Shown: positions 26,450 through 39,989 of the stretch, one piece after another | Layout of the letters: each line of letters opens with the position of its first letter | How positions within the stretch are numbered: position 1 is the stretch's first letter | DNA from: Raillietiella orientalis | Lineage: Eukaryota | DNA length: 64,000 nucleotides | Direction of reading: 5' to 3' | Assembly: GCA_036172245.1 (NCBI GenBank) | Contig: JAYWIR010000022.1 | Coordinates: forward strand, 806,001 to 870,000 | Program-made: the position numbers and the translations under genes | The notes under the pieces: generated by a model | What the model was told of the DNA's origin: nothing | Databases searched by the model: none | The model's input: the letters and a program-made list of their open reading frames with translations, nothing else

Positions 26450-27100
26450 CACGAATTGAATTGGTCGTCCATGAAAGGGCTGGAGGGCAACCCCAGGCGC
26501 CCTCAGTCCCTGACCCCGCCGGCAGGACGCCGCTCGGGATGAGAGGGGAGGCTGCCAAGCCCAGTTGGTGGTGGGTGTAATCCATAGGTCCCCATTGCAC
26601 TGTGGATGATGTCGAATCTCTGCACTGACCTGCAGCGTCACAGTATCGTATCGAATTCTCAGCTTGGACATGAACTCTTGCACGACTTTCGCTATGAAAA
26701 AGTTTCGCGTCTCCTATCGAAAACACATCTCGTGGGTTTTCTTAGGATGATAAAGCCAAATTGGATGTGTTTACGGACGCTGTTCTAATGCCTCGGCTCC
26801 ATCCATCTATCTGAGATGGAGCCGAGACGTTCAATCTGCCTTGAGGTTGAACTATCATCATTTGGTACGCTCTCCAGGTGTAAGTGAAAGTGTATATTAA
26901 TCGCAGAGGTCTCTGAGCCCCAAACCTTTTTAGATTGCCTTTCGCCACATCAGTGTATTTCTTAGAAGATATAACGGATCTTGAATCGTTGGAATCGGTG
27001 CTTTGACTGATTTTGTCTAAAAGCGCCGTAACCCTTTCAAGGGTTCTCCATGGATTGCCAAGCGCCAGTCTCCCGGGCCAACTACCGGTCTGGTGCCTCT
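26450..27100 (-). mobile_element. Degenerate LINE RT fragment
   Basis: QRPLRLIYT (resembles the RPI.L RT motif, ~26900) and LGLAASPLIP (resembles the QG.PLSP box, ~26550). Confidence 0.4.
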
Positions 27101-27925
27101 AAAATGAAATTGAAATTCCCTCCTTCTGCCTTTGAATCACGTGCCTTGAAACGCTGCGGAGGGTGTGACCAGTGTCCGTCTCCCAGATAGCATAATTCAC
27201 ATTCGTTTTCAGATTAGAATCGGAATTACAAGAGGGCATCTGCAAAGTGCCACCACCTTCTTGAGTTCATGTTGGACGTGTCGTTTGCCCTTGAAAATCA
27301 CACGTCCGCAGACAAGCGCCATCACCCACAGGCGAAAAAATGCTTCCATTGAGAACGGAAGCAGTTGTGAATGTCAGCAGACAACTCGATTCCGAGACGT
27401 CAGGCGAACCTCGAAGCAGCTGCAAAGAATTTTCCTTTTTCGTTCCTGCTCATCGGATCGCTTCATCCTCCATTAGAATTCATGAGCATCGGTGAAATTG
27501 AGTTATTCGCGCATCCTATTATCTATCAGATCTCTGCAAATACGTACCCGAACTCCCGAATGTCCGCACTTCTCCTCCAAGAACACGGCTATTCGGATGC
27601 AAAAAAAAAAAAAAACTCTTGCAGGAACTCTTTGGTGTGTCGCGTGCGCTTCAGACGAGGCACGGATTCGGCACAACTCGCGTCGCAGCGTTCCGATCCA
27701 GGAAGCACGGTGTATCGGATGGTGCATCTGACGGCATTGGTGCAGCACAGTAGATCGGATTTCAATTCGGGACGATTTGAAGAAATCCAAACCTTTTCTA
27801 CATTTAATGGAACTGGAGCAGTTGATAGCCAACCTTTCTTCTCCTTCTCGGGCCACACACATAAGTTTCGCAACATTACGCGGTCTGTACATGCAGTACG
27901 TTATGCATATTACATAAGCGTGTAA

Positions 27926-27965
27926 ATATATATATATATATATATATATACATACATACATACAT
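27926..27965. repeat. (TA)n(TACA)n compound microsatellite
   Basis: atatatata...tacatacatacatacat. Confidence 0.95.
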
Positions 27966-29599
27966 TAATTCTACCAATTTGAACACAATATAGATATATT
28001 AAATCCGAAGAATGGATGGATGTAAACAAATGCTCTTTCAATCGCGGTGGGTTAAGGACAGACTGTATTCTTTCCGCGTACCAACACGGAAAACGACAAG
28101 AAACGAAGCTGTACGCAGAGACGTTGGTGCACGAAAGAGGCTCTGCGCGCGCGGGTGCCAACCGCTCACGATTTGCCTCAGATAAAAAACTACCACCTCC
28201 CGGCTATCAGGAGTTTGAAAAAAAAAAAATACTCAATGGCTGCGAATGATGTGGGCCGCACACAGAAGCTTGGCGGGCCGTAGGTTGAGTACATCGCTGA
28301 ACTAGAGGAAGGTTTTGCTGACAGGGGGTCACTACAGTGCCTTCATGTTGTGTGACCACCAGTTGACATCGAAGTGATGGCAGCACTTTCGTGGAAAGTT
28401 TCCAAGTCTTCGAGTTACCTGAATGGGCTGCTGCTGCCTGGCATCACTCGTCAAGTCTGTGGCTCGTTTGAATCCTTGCTCAGCTTATCGCGCAGCTTCC
28501 CGTCGAAAAAGAGGAGCGCTCTTTCCTTTGTCAGCATCTCTTAACGAGAAGGAAAGCATAAACCACGTAGGTTTCGTGGCCCATCGCAATCTCTCAGGAA
28601 ATGAGAATCCATCATGGGGGAATAATGTTCTTGGGCAGCGAAATCACTGTACTCCGCCCCAAATGCCCGATCCATAGATCCAGGTTTGAATGCTTCGGAC
28701 CAGAGGACATTCGAGTGTCCCCCGGAGAGTACTTCAATGTCACTATCGGTTGTTGTGTGAAGCATTTCATGGGGGTTCTTGCAGCCCCACTTATAACAGG
28801 CGAGCAGCAGCTTGCCCTTTTCAGCCAGCGAGCCACACATTCTCCGTGACAAATTTATGCACATAATCAAAGATATTCTGGAGATGAAGGCCATAGAGAA
28901 TATGGCGTGGCGTTGCATTGCATTTGGAAGCAAACGACCCTGACATACTAATGGCACACTGAAATGCACGCGACAGCTGAGTAGTTTGAAAGAGATTCTC
29001 CAGCTAGCAGAAATTCCCTCTGCCCCTGTATTCTGATAGTTGGGAACGCCAGCAGGAATCCAAGGGGAGAATCAAGGCATACTGGAGCTACACCATCCAG
29101 ATTGTTTTCCCACTTAGGGGGAAAGAATTAACACCGGGACGATTTCCGAGCACGCTTTAAAGCAAGTTTGCCCCCTTCTATGCTAAAAGAGCATTTTCGG
29201 TATAAAAAGAACTTTTTTTTTTTCCTTTTTTTTTTTATTCCGTGTATCTATGGTTTCCATTTACCAGAATATCGAACGAAGCCCAGGGAATAAAAAACGG
29301 AGCCGAAACTTGAAATTTCGTGCCCGGATAAAGGATACTTGTGGTTCTTGCAGCCTGTGATGTTTGTATATTTAGTTTCACATTAAATATATGTTGAACT
29401 GGTAAATTATGTCCATTATACATGATCGTATGAGATAATCGTTAATTCAGACTTACGAAGCATCTACTAGCACACATACAGCAATTACATGCATCAGTAA
29501 ACGAAAACGTAAATCCTGTGCTCATTCGCTAATACCCCAAGCAGCAGACCACGTTAAAAGCACACTAGTGTTATATGTATACATTTATTCATTTGTGTT

Positions 29600-30950
29600 G
29601 CCTTTTTTTGTATAGAAATATAGCTCAGATGCAGAAACTCGAATAATTATGTGCGAGTAGTTACAGTTCATAGCAAAGCTACGCGAGCAAGAGGATTGGA
29701 ATGAATGCACTCGTCCTTGACGTCTTCCATGGTACCATGGTACCCAATCATCAGCATCGTGCCCAGAAGACTTCACAATACGTTGAAGAAATGAATTCGA
29801 ATTTACACGTTTCAAGCACTTCAATGGAGAGCTCCGTTGTTCAAGAGCAAAAAGTCAGCTCCAAGCACTTTTTATGTTTTAATTGCATTTCTGCATTTGA
29901 AAGCGAAAGCGAAGAACGAGAAGCACTCCCGACGCACGTCCTCGGTTTACGTGGTTCCCTGCCTCTGACCACAATAGCTGGAATCTTTCTTCCTTCGGGA
30001 AGAGCCTTTCGAAGCTGCGATGTCCAAGCGATGCATTGGTCGTCACATCTCACCTTCAAAAAATCAATCTCCAGGAAGAACTAAATGCCACAAAGGTATC
30101 TTCACAGAACACCTCCACGAAAAACTTGGGTTTCCGGGAAAAGAAAAAAACCTGTCGGTTGCAAGATCGCGGAAGAATTGATACAAACTACCGGAACCGT
30201 TTCAGATGTAAGCCAACTGAAGGGCATCGGGACGCCGGCTGGAGAGGTAGTTTCATCTTCGATGCTATCGTAAAGTCTTAGGTTTCCATAAAATTGAGAA
30301 TTATGTAAGCCGAGAAACTGCTGACCAAATCAACTGCAGAGGCTGCTCAAAGTTACGAGCATCTTATTTTCCGTGTAAATATTTATACTCGGTCTCTATG
30401 CTTTAAACCTCAACGCGAACGTCTCTGTCTCCTGACCGTTATGAGATTGTCAGAAAGTTGCTATGCAGCTGTTTGACTGTATATGTCCTTCAGCGTATCT
30501 CCCGGGCAGCTGTGCAAACTGTACATGAAAACACACATGATAAGAACGCCCTTACAGTACATAGCAATTCGAAAATCCCGAATCCATTATCAAGGACGTT
30601 ATGACTGAAAGAAATCCTATCGCGTGATTTCCTCCAAAACCGGAGAACAGTGAGTATATTGCGGTTGCTGCAATATTTGCGTAACCATAACGACACTGCT
30701 AACCAAACTCAAATATCTTTCCCTGGCTCGCTTCTGGTATAGACGCGAGACGGGCGACAGGCGTACACACTTTGTTGGCAATCCTTATTGACGTCAGCAG
30801 GGTGAATACGAATGCACTACGTTGAGTGTACTTTAAGAGAGACACACACCCAGAGTGAACGCATGCAATGAGCTCTGGATGCACGTAACGAAATAGCCCC
30901 GAATGACTATCCAAGAGCATCCCTGTCCCATTTGCTGGGAAACATCTACT
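29600..30950 (-). mobile_element. Possible decayed hAT-type transposase relic
   Basis: QCIAWTSQL at ~30040 resembles the hAT HCxAHxLxL motif; no intact ORF or TIRs seen. Confidence 0.25.
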
Positions 30951-33900
30951 TTGAAGATATTTGTCTCCCGCTAAAGCCGTAATTTCAGCTGGTTTCTTGC
31001 TTCTTTCCTGATCGGAAGCATTTCATTTATTCCGGACACCTCCAGAAATGCAAAATGAAGCGATTCTTCAAGAGGCAAGTTGGAACTGAAAGGGCACCGC
31101 AGAACGCACAGACATGAGAAGAATCTTCTCGAGTACTCCCCTCCTTGCGATCCTCAAGACGCTATTTGCTTGCCCCGTAATCGTCTGAAACGAAATAAGG
31201 TCCTTGAAAGTTTTTTTTTTTTTTTTTTTCTTTCCATCATTGCTTTTCCTCCTTGCTGCCACGCTGCGAGTCACGTCGAGAATAGTATTACCCCCTTTTG
31301 TGCATTTATATTCTCGTAGCATAGTTTTTTGGTTCAAGAGCTGCAAGAATAGCCAAGTACCTCGGACAAAGGCTAATTTTTCAAATTGCCTTGGTACCAT
31401 ACTGGCTGCAGCCCCTGGTCCAAGACGATGCTAACTTGGCCACTGATACTGCGTTCTGTGATTTGCTTTAACGACTTCCTGAGTTCTGCCTCAACTGCCC
31501 ATATTTTGAAAGAATTTGAAAGGACAAAGTGTCCACAAAGCAGAGTGAATCTCCGTTTGGATATGAGGCACCTGACAAGCCAAACATCCGGCCGGGGTCT
31601 CTGAGATGCATTAATCAAACCAAGGAAGCAAACCGGAAGCGTGATAACCAAGAACTGGCTAGCCAAATAATCCAAAAACTGTGCTCTCAGATGGCAGGGG
31701 GGGGGGGATAACTTCCACTATCAAGCCAACTGCTTCCGTACTACCACCACGTTACCATGGGATTTGAAAACAGAAATAATGAAATGTGTTTAATTGCTGG
31801 ATATCCCGCTTTTAAGTCCACATCAAAGAGCGGTGGTGTGCAACGAGTTTGCCTCGGTAACACAAGGGCTCTCATCACACACACGCAAAACTGATAACCA
31901 GAAATGCAAACAGTAATTTAATGCACAGTTGCCAGAGGTAACGAACGGTAACACGTCAAACGAAAAATGTGTACAAGAGCACGAAATGGAACGGAGGCAG
32001 CCTCGTACCGTACCATGTGTGATGCATGCTCGGGAAGCTGCTTGGAGGCTGCCTCACACGTGACAACCAGTCCACGCAGGTTTGTGCCAGTGGATGTACA
32101 GACGACGGACACCAAGTAGTGCATTCGATGTAAAAAAAAAAAAAAATCTTGCGAATAAGAATTCGTATAAATCGACAAAATCACAAACTCACTCTCTAGT
32201 GTTGCCGCGAAAAAAAAGGAGCTTCCTTTAAAAAAAAAAAAAAGAGAGAGAGAGAAAACGATGCTATGCGGACGAATATCCGAATAGCCGGAAACCACTC
32301 CTAAACTTTTTTTCTTCTTTTTTTTAAGTCAGATTTCCGAAGCGGAAAAAAAAAAAGACAGACAGACAGAAAGGTTTCTTTGTCCTTGGGTGTATCCAGT
32401 CAGTAAACCAGTGAAAGTCAAAAACTCGAAAGTTTGCTGTGTATTCAGAAAGTTGTCCAGCTATCCCTTTTTCGTTTTTTTTTTTTTTTTCCCCTGCTCT
32501 CTCGAAAAACCATCGCCGTAGTGTTTATAAAGCAATACGAAACCTAATGATAAGGAACATGGATGCCGAGTGAACACCTCTAGCAATCCGTTTTCAGACT
32601 TGTCCTCAACAGAACCTTCGTCGAGGAATGTCACCTGCGAATCTCCTTAAAGAAGAAGTTCATTCGAAAAGGTCATCTGCTCGCAAGCCATAAAAATCGG
32701 CTGGTGGCACCAGCCTGATGGAGTCGACATGGTTTTGCGTCTTCTAAAAGAAAGCTCCAACAAAGTCCAATAAGCTTATTCGTTCCTTTCGGTCTCATCT
32801 GCTTCGTCCTCAACAGACAATATGGGTCTGTGATGACCGACCTAAGATACACAACGGAATGTTGTTCTTTCCTAGTTACGAGCGAAGACCAATCCTGACC
32901 GCTAGATTTTACAGGGTCCGACGCAAGCTTCGAGTTGAACATTCTTTTTACAAAGTTTCGCAGCTTCGCATTTTCTCGGTTCTTGTTGTCTTAGTTAAAA
33001 TCTCCAACTAATGCGATCAGCATATTCGGATCACTGAAGGCCTCAGCTGTTCGGAGCATCTCTGGAAAAATGGTGCCAATCACAAGCGAAGAAGAATTCA
33101 GCTTGATCTTCAGTCGAGTTTGGAGTAGAGAGTAACTAACGGCACCTGCAATCCTCCGGTTTCGACTTCAGCAGAGCAGATATCCCCACAGTGATCCTTT
33201 ACTGCCATTTGGCCCACACGGTCAGCTTGGTCAACTGACACTGGAAGGTGCGGATTGTACATCACGGTTCAACCTTCCTTATTCCTCTGCATCTGACACA
33301 CGGCGGTTCGAATTGAATGATGCACTTGCAGACGCGAAAGTCCACGCCTTGGTCGTTCTCGACGCAAGTCTCATTCACTGCTAGAATAGCTGACTGCGTA
33401 AGTATCGCACCCTCTATCCACCTATCTATCCTCTATCCATCCGTGGCGATATCTTCGTCATCAAGCTGCAAGCTCTGAACTTTTAACGTCAGTTCCATGC
33501 TGTTGGATGGTGATGTTTTGTTCCAGAACTGCACCGCTCTAACGGAGCTAATGCCAACAAACTTCAATTTTTGAGACGATGGTTATCCAGACGAAGATGT
33601 TGCATCTTGAACGAGTTACACGTTCGAGCAGGACAGGACGTAAAATCGTTGGTCTGGTTTGTGAGATGCAGACCGTTTATTCTCGTAATTTTTGGCAAAG
33701 CAACGTGGAAGAGTTGCCGTTGAAGACCTTTTCGTATCCAAACACAAATTCTCCGGGAGTTTCTCTCTGGGACCGTCATAGCACATGCTTCAACCAAAGG
33801 AAATCGAATTCGCTTGCATTTTAAGCGTTACTCTTAAAAGAAGCGGCTGCGGATCGTTTGGTCATCGGGATCCAATCGTTCTCTGTTGTGACAGCATATG

Positions 33901-34628
33901 AGGACTAGCTTTGAGGAAGGTTTTGGATCCGACGCCCGTACTGCCGACCTGCAACCACAATCTTTCGATGTCCATGTCTTGCATTCTCACATGCAGCAAA
34001 GTTTCAACGGCTCCATTAACTAAACCGTCTTCCACAACTGTTACCATGCATGGTTTTCCAGTTGTTAAATGTAATATGAACGGAACACCTTCATTCTCCA
34101 TTACGGTCGTTTGATGGAGCTTCATTCTCATGCTCACCAATTGAACATTGGAGTTGTGCCCAGTGATCTATCCTAGTGTTTCCGTGAAACGCTTGAGGAT
34201 CGTATCGTTGGAACATCGCTGTTGCGAGGAAACAGGCGGATAGCGTTCGAATTGGTACCTGACAAACTCTTTAGGTCTAAACGGATTTTGGATCATCTGT
34301 TTCTCATTCGCGTCCAGAGATTCACCGCTTCCAATTTTTGTTAATATGGCAGAGGGCACGGAATAACTTTGTTTCGTTACCTGATCGAGCGGACCATAAG
34401 CTTAGCAGACTGCCACAAGATTGCACCTTTAGCTGAGTTCTTATGTGTTTTATATGTCTGCCTCGTGTTGACTGGAGTTTAACTGATCATGCAGATTCCC
34501 GCAGAATATTATGTCGAGCCCACCGAACTCACGATCGAAATCAACGTTCAATCTGAAGTCTTGGATTTATACCATGGAAGATGCCAGAGTTAACCGTTCT
34601 CAATTCGTCTACGATGATTCTCAGTCCG

Positions 34629-35422
34629 CCCGCGTCGGAGGCCGTGTGGCTACGGTGGTCTCCGCGTGTGGCACCACCAAGCGTCGTGAGTTCAAATACT
34701 CCGAAGGAACCGACGCAGTGCGTCGTGGGTTCCGAGGGTTCACCCCACAAGATGACGCTGGTTGACCTACATTCATCCGGGTGCGGCACTGGTAGCGGTT
34801 GAAACCGGATGCTCCCAATGAGGGCCGGGACAAATGGACCCAGGACCCGGGACCTCCGGGTCCTTCCAGGAATCAACGAGTGGGGAGTCCCCCCTCCGAT
34901 TGTGAAGGAGCGGACCCCCATTCCAGGGGGATCCTCTGCGTCGTATTGATGGAGTAGGTGTGTCGCCATCACCTCTCCAGAGAGTGCAGGGAAGCGAGCC
35001 ACTTCCTTTGGGGAAGCTGCGTCCTGAATTTCGGAAGAGCCCCTTCTGGCTTCTCTTCAGAGGAGTAAACAGCAGCGGATCCCTTGCGGGGGATCCCTCC
35101 GGAGAAGAAATTTCAGGATCGGATCCTTTCCTAGTTCCCTTCAGAGAAGAAAAAATGGAGCGGACCCCTCGGCGGTCCTCCGAAGAGAATATGGAAGGAG
35201 AGTTCCCTTCTGGATTCCCCTTCGGAGACAACCAGGGTGGAGGTAATCTCTATTTCCGAGGATCCCTCCCCAGGCGTGAGAGGAGCGGACTCCGAGTCCT
35301 TCCGGGATCCATAGGGCGGACCCCTCCCGGGGTACTCCCTATCTTGATGAATTACCCACCCTCGGGTGGCGTGGAACCGTGTCGAAGAACTGCGAAGGCA
35401 GAAAAGAAGGATTTCCACTATT
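34629..35422 (+). mobile_element. tRNA-headed SINE-like repeat (short-linker subtype) inserted in the Helentron helicase
   Basis: Head cccgcgtcggaggccgtgtgg..gagttcaaatac, repeated ggagcggacccc body, 3' stem-loop and tail ggatttcca. Lies between Walker A and Walker B. Confidence 0.9.
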
Positions 35423-38333
35423 GAAGTTTCGATACAAGAATTTCTCGCGGAAGACCTTCCGTGGATGCTGGACATCCCCACTGTAAATGCAGAATGAACC
35501 GTCGCACCATTTTATCGCTGCAGCGGCCTTTTCCGTTTCTGCTTTGTGAATCGAGTTGTGAGCCAGAATAAAACGATTGCACATTCCATAATTATCATCA
35601 AAATTCTAATCGCCATCAAGGTGAATGTTTTACCACAACCGGATGGGTTGGTGAAGAATGTTTGAAGCGGCTTCGTATTCTGCCGATCTATTATCCGATT
35701 TGTAACTTTCGAAACGAATTCTCTCTGTTCTGGATTCTTCAGCGAAACGAACTTCTTCGGTGACATTCTCTTCTGTTTCGAACAGCCGAAAGAGTGTACT
35801 GATTCGATGCCATCGTTGTTCTGCTGCAAGTTGTTTGAAGCTTCTTCAGCTGCTCCGCTCAGAGCTTCGTTCTTCATCGTTTATTTGCCGAAACTTATTC
35901 GAATCTGAACGTCTACCACCTCATTTTCAAAGGGTCAGTGAACTAAAATCATTTCTCTTTTGTTTTCAGCAGGTTCAGACATTCCACAGTGACGATATCA
36001 AATATTCTTCATATGTTCTCGGATCTTATATTGCTTCTTCTTGAGGACATTCTATTCGGAACGAAATCTAAGCAAGTATCTTCAGTTTTGCCCTCTTTTG
36101 GACGATTCTTGCATTCTGAGTGATGTTTTCTTCCGTTTTCATTCAGTTGAATCGTATTGTGTATTCTCTTCGGGAATTCTTTTCTTACGTTTGTTTATTC
36201 TTATTTTTTTTGTGTTTGATGTGGCCCAAGTTGTCGGGATGTAAGCTACTTCTCTGCTCGCTTGAGACAAAGGTTACCTAAACAGACACCTTGCAGCCTC
36301 TTGGCACTTAACTCCGCGCTATTTAACATTGTGATGCTTTCCAAGAGTTGATCAGAAAACTCCTCTTGCAATTTGATCAACTTTCTATGCCTCAGTTGGT
36401 TTTGTTGGCGTATTCGTCTACGTATGATACGCATGAATGTTATTCAGAATGAATTGTAAGCCCATATTAGAATTCAATAGTATAGCTATCCATGGATTGA
36501 ACGTATTAGTCCAAGGCTGTTCCATGGTTCTTTTCATTGGGACTGTAGATCTCGTCAACCCTAAGCGAATGACGCCTAAATACGTTTTCATGGAAATGTT
36601 ATGTTCTCCAGGAAATTGATCGAGTGACTCGTGATGCTTTTCTTCCAGATATTTCCCAAGCTGTTTAAAATTCTGCTTTAATTTCGTTCTGAAATTGTCC
36701 TGTGAATTCAACGGCATCAATATTTTCGTCTCGTTGCTAGGCCAATGTGGAACATCAGACCTGCATCTATCATACTCATGCAACAGGTGAACGCGTGCTT
36801 ATGCACTCGGTTCAAGTATGAGGTTGATGGAAGATGCACAGAATCAACACTGCAAAGATCGTCTATTAAAGCCACGGTGTTTGGCATCCTATTAGAAACA
36901 ACTTCTTTGGGATCGTTTTCCAACGTTGACAGTACATGAGAAAGCGAACTGTGCCTCGACGACTGAAACTTTTTTCGCTTAAAGCAGTCAACCACTCGAT
37001 ACCGACAAAGTGGATTGCGTTTTTTGGGTTCTGAGATTTGCATTCAAATGACCCGATTAGCCGAATCTTCATTAAGCAGGTTTGCTCGCTGAAGAGCAGT
37101 CAACTCAGTCATCCGCATCTTCAGCTTCTTCATTTGTACTCGGACTGTGTAGAGGTTTCAGATGACTCCATCTAACCTCGGCTGCACTCAGCATGAAAGA
37201 CATAGTTGGCTTTCCAAGCTGTCTCCTCTTAACAGACATCTTTTTCTCTTTGATGCCAATAGTAAACAGAGCTCGGAATGGATTTGAAAAACGGCAAATC
37301 GCTGTCCACGTACTGTTCGACAAACTGTAGATCTTCAATCATTTGTCCTGTGATAGCCTGAAGTCTTTCCAACTCACTTGAATGTCGAGTGTAAACCGTC
37401 AGTTACCCTCAGTCTTAAGATCTTCATCGCCATGTCCAACATATGACGCCATGCAACTCCACGGCGATCCCGTCTTCTTATTTCACCCGTTGTCACTGTC
37501 GAGAAGGCAAGTGGATGGAAACGGCAACTCCCTCGGCAATGAGGTGGACATAGGTTGGTTTGTTGCTCTGGAGCAAATGCAAGATATCCATCCTCGTTCC
37601 ACCCCGAGGTATGCTGTCGAGCCATAAGTAGATGGATATCACTGCCTGAAAGTTCAAGTCTCTTAACCTCGTTTGTCGATTGAATTGCGTTCCAGAATAT
37701 AGGAGTTGGCTCTGTGATCTTGTAATGCTTGCATAGCAGAGCATCGATCAAGTATCTCAACAGAGCTTTTGCTGTTTCCTTCTTAACATATCCCTGCAAG
37801 TAACTCGATTTATGGATAATACGTTTCCTAATATGAACGTTGAAAACATAATCGTGGTCCAGCGCTCGTAGCGATCCAGTAACCGTATTATCGAGGTCCA
37901 CTGGAATGTTGATCACTTGTCCCACGATACCTTAGCTGCCTGTTTCTTATGTTAAACGCCCGATCTGCTTGGGCGGTAATCCTGGAGAAAATAAGCTCTC
38001 ACTTATACCGTCTAGAGGGGGAAAGCGGGTTGGAAATGGAGGATGTATGAACCCGTCCGTTTTTAGACAACGATGATACGTTTCTCGCATCCAAGCATCC
38101 AAAGCAAGTATTGCAGAGTTGGAACGTTGATACAGTCCCTGAGTCTTCTGGAAATTTTACACGCAAAATAGCTAAATGACTAGGCTCCGGTGTTTTGAGG
38201 TCATTCTTGATCTCCATGACAAACACTACACACGTGTCCAAACAGATTGCTTGGCAGATTGCTTTCTATTTTATTTACTGATGCTTAATTTCTCGCTCGA
38301 TTTGTTTTATTATAGGTTGAACAAGAACAGTCG

Positions 38334-38688
38334 AGATCCTAAGGGATCCTTTCAGAGTTCCCTTCAGAGAAGATGAAATGGAGAGGACCCCCCTTCCCGG
38401 GGGTGTCCTTCTGGAGAGAATGAGGAAGGGGATTCCCTTCAGGGTTTCCCTTTGGAGACAACCAGCGTGGAGGTGCGATCTCCCCCTCCCGGGGGTATCC
38501 CTCCTTAGGGTGAGAGGAACGGACTTCGATCCTTCCTGGATTCATAGGGTTGACCCTTCTCCCGGGGTGCCCCCTATCTTGGAGAATTACACGCACCCTC
38601 CGCGGGTGGCGTGGAACAGTGTTAAAGAGCCACGTGCGCCGCGAGGCACACGACGGCTCTAGAGGTAAACAGCGAAGACAGAAGAACA
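38334..38688 (+). mobile_element. 5'-truncated copy of the SINE-like repeat
   Basis: Aligns by eye to ~35115-35400 (gttcccttcagagaaga...ggattcataggg...ccctatcttg...gggtggcgtggaac...acagcgaagacagaagaac). Confidence 0.85.
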
Positions 38689-39989
38689 GTCGATGTTGAC
38701 AATTGCACATCTGTATCTTGTACTTCTGTTTGAACAAGCTGTATTCTTTGTGGTCCCTTGGACGTCGACCGCTGGGCATCCTTCGTCTTCTTGCTCTTGA
38801 TCTTGTTTCCGATTTGCTCTCTTGTCCCGCACACCTTCTTTGGTACTTTTTTTTCTTTTGTTTTACCACGCCGTTTACGTGTCGCTCTGTGCCGCGATAC
38901 ACGTGTGGTTGAATTAGCTCGTGGCGGCATATCGACTCCATCGATCAGGGCAGAGAGAGAACTGAGGTGATCCTTTTGAGTCAGAATACCATCCAGAAAG
39001 CGAACAAGTTCGAGCTAGATTAGAGACCGGATATAGTAGAAACTGTTAATACTCTTGCCTATTAGATTCGGCGTTTGCATTTTTCGTAACGCTTCTATTT
39101 CAGCTTGACACTCCAGAACGTAGACGTTACTCACTACAGAAAGGAAAAAAAATGGCAGTCAGCATGATGAAAGCAGTGGAACCGCTTTGCTGCATTTCGC
39201 TGAAGACTCTGGGAGCATAAAGCATGAAATTACCTATAAAATTCCAAGGTCCAGCATTTGCTGAGCTAAACGCGGCTGCAGAAATTATTATATCTTTCCA
39301 CGGTGCAGGGTCAACTAATCGTTTTTCGAACCAAGGCGCATGCGCAATAGCAATGCGTTGCAAGCAGAAGCAACCGATAAGAGTAACTATACTATCGAGC
39401 CTCCTGTAAGCATCGCCACATTGATGAAAAGTAGGAATCTTATCGGGAAAATTAATTATTATCATTTAGCAAATTCCTTTTGCTTCTGCACCTTATTGAA
39501 ACGTACATGCATGAAAGCCTTAAAAAATGCTCCCTATGAAATCTCTGATGTGTCAGTAGCGATCATCAAAACACCTCAAAAGTGCTAGGAAGACATGCTG
39601 AAAATATATATATATATCTTTAAATCTAAACAGATCTTCATGCATAATTTATGTGTTCAGGTGTTATTAGTAAGGAAATAAGCATGTTTATAGTATGATT
39701 AATGAATATAAGCGCGCTGGAGTTGATAGGGCCATTAATATATTTGGTTTTCAACACATTTTCGCTTCACGGTTTCGTACCTGCTTTTATGTACTGACTG
39801 TGAACACTCAACTGATCTTGAAGATAGAGAACCTAGAATGGATAATGTGAATTATAGCACAAACAAGAATAATGGTAGGCATTATTAAGCGAAAATTCAG
39901 ACATTTTCATAGTCCATCCTTTAATGGAGCTTAGTCACTCATTGAACGGAAACGATTACGTATCTTGCATCCGATCGCGCTCGAGATAA

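Larger units (their letters stand above)
32800..38930 (-). mobile_element. Decayed Helitron with C-terminal APE endonuclease (Helentron type), interrupted by two SINE copies
   Basis: Colinear on the minus strand: basic N-terminus (~38930), CxxC and GQVINIPVD..NVHIRKRIIHK (37.8-38.1 kb), Rep motifs RQLGKPTMSFMLSAAEVRW (~37.2 kb), HKHAFTC and FNPWIAILLNSNMGLQFIL (~36.5 kb), Pif1 Walker A NPSGCGKTF (~35635), Walker B IIVDE (~34610), QLFHVALPK (~33700), then EN motifs ILAVNETC (~33380), LVGDFN (GDFN at 32994-33005) and HHRPIL (~32830). Many stops and frameshifts. Confidence 0.85.

Noticed and set aside
32355..32370. (GACA)3 near the Helentron 3' side as a HINE/DINE-1-type microsatellite
   Set aside because: Too short, and no subterminal inverted repeats or terminal hairpin were found.
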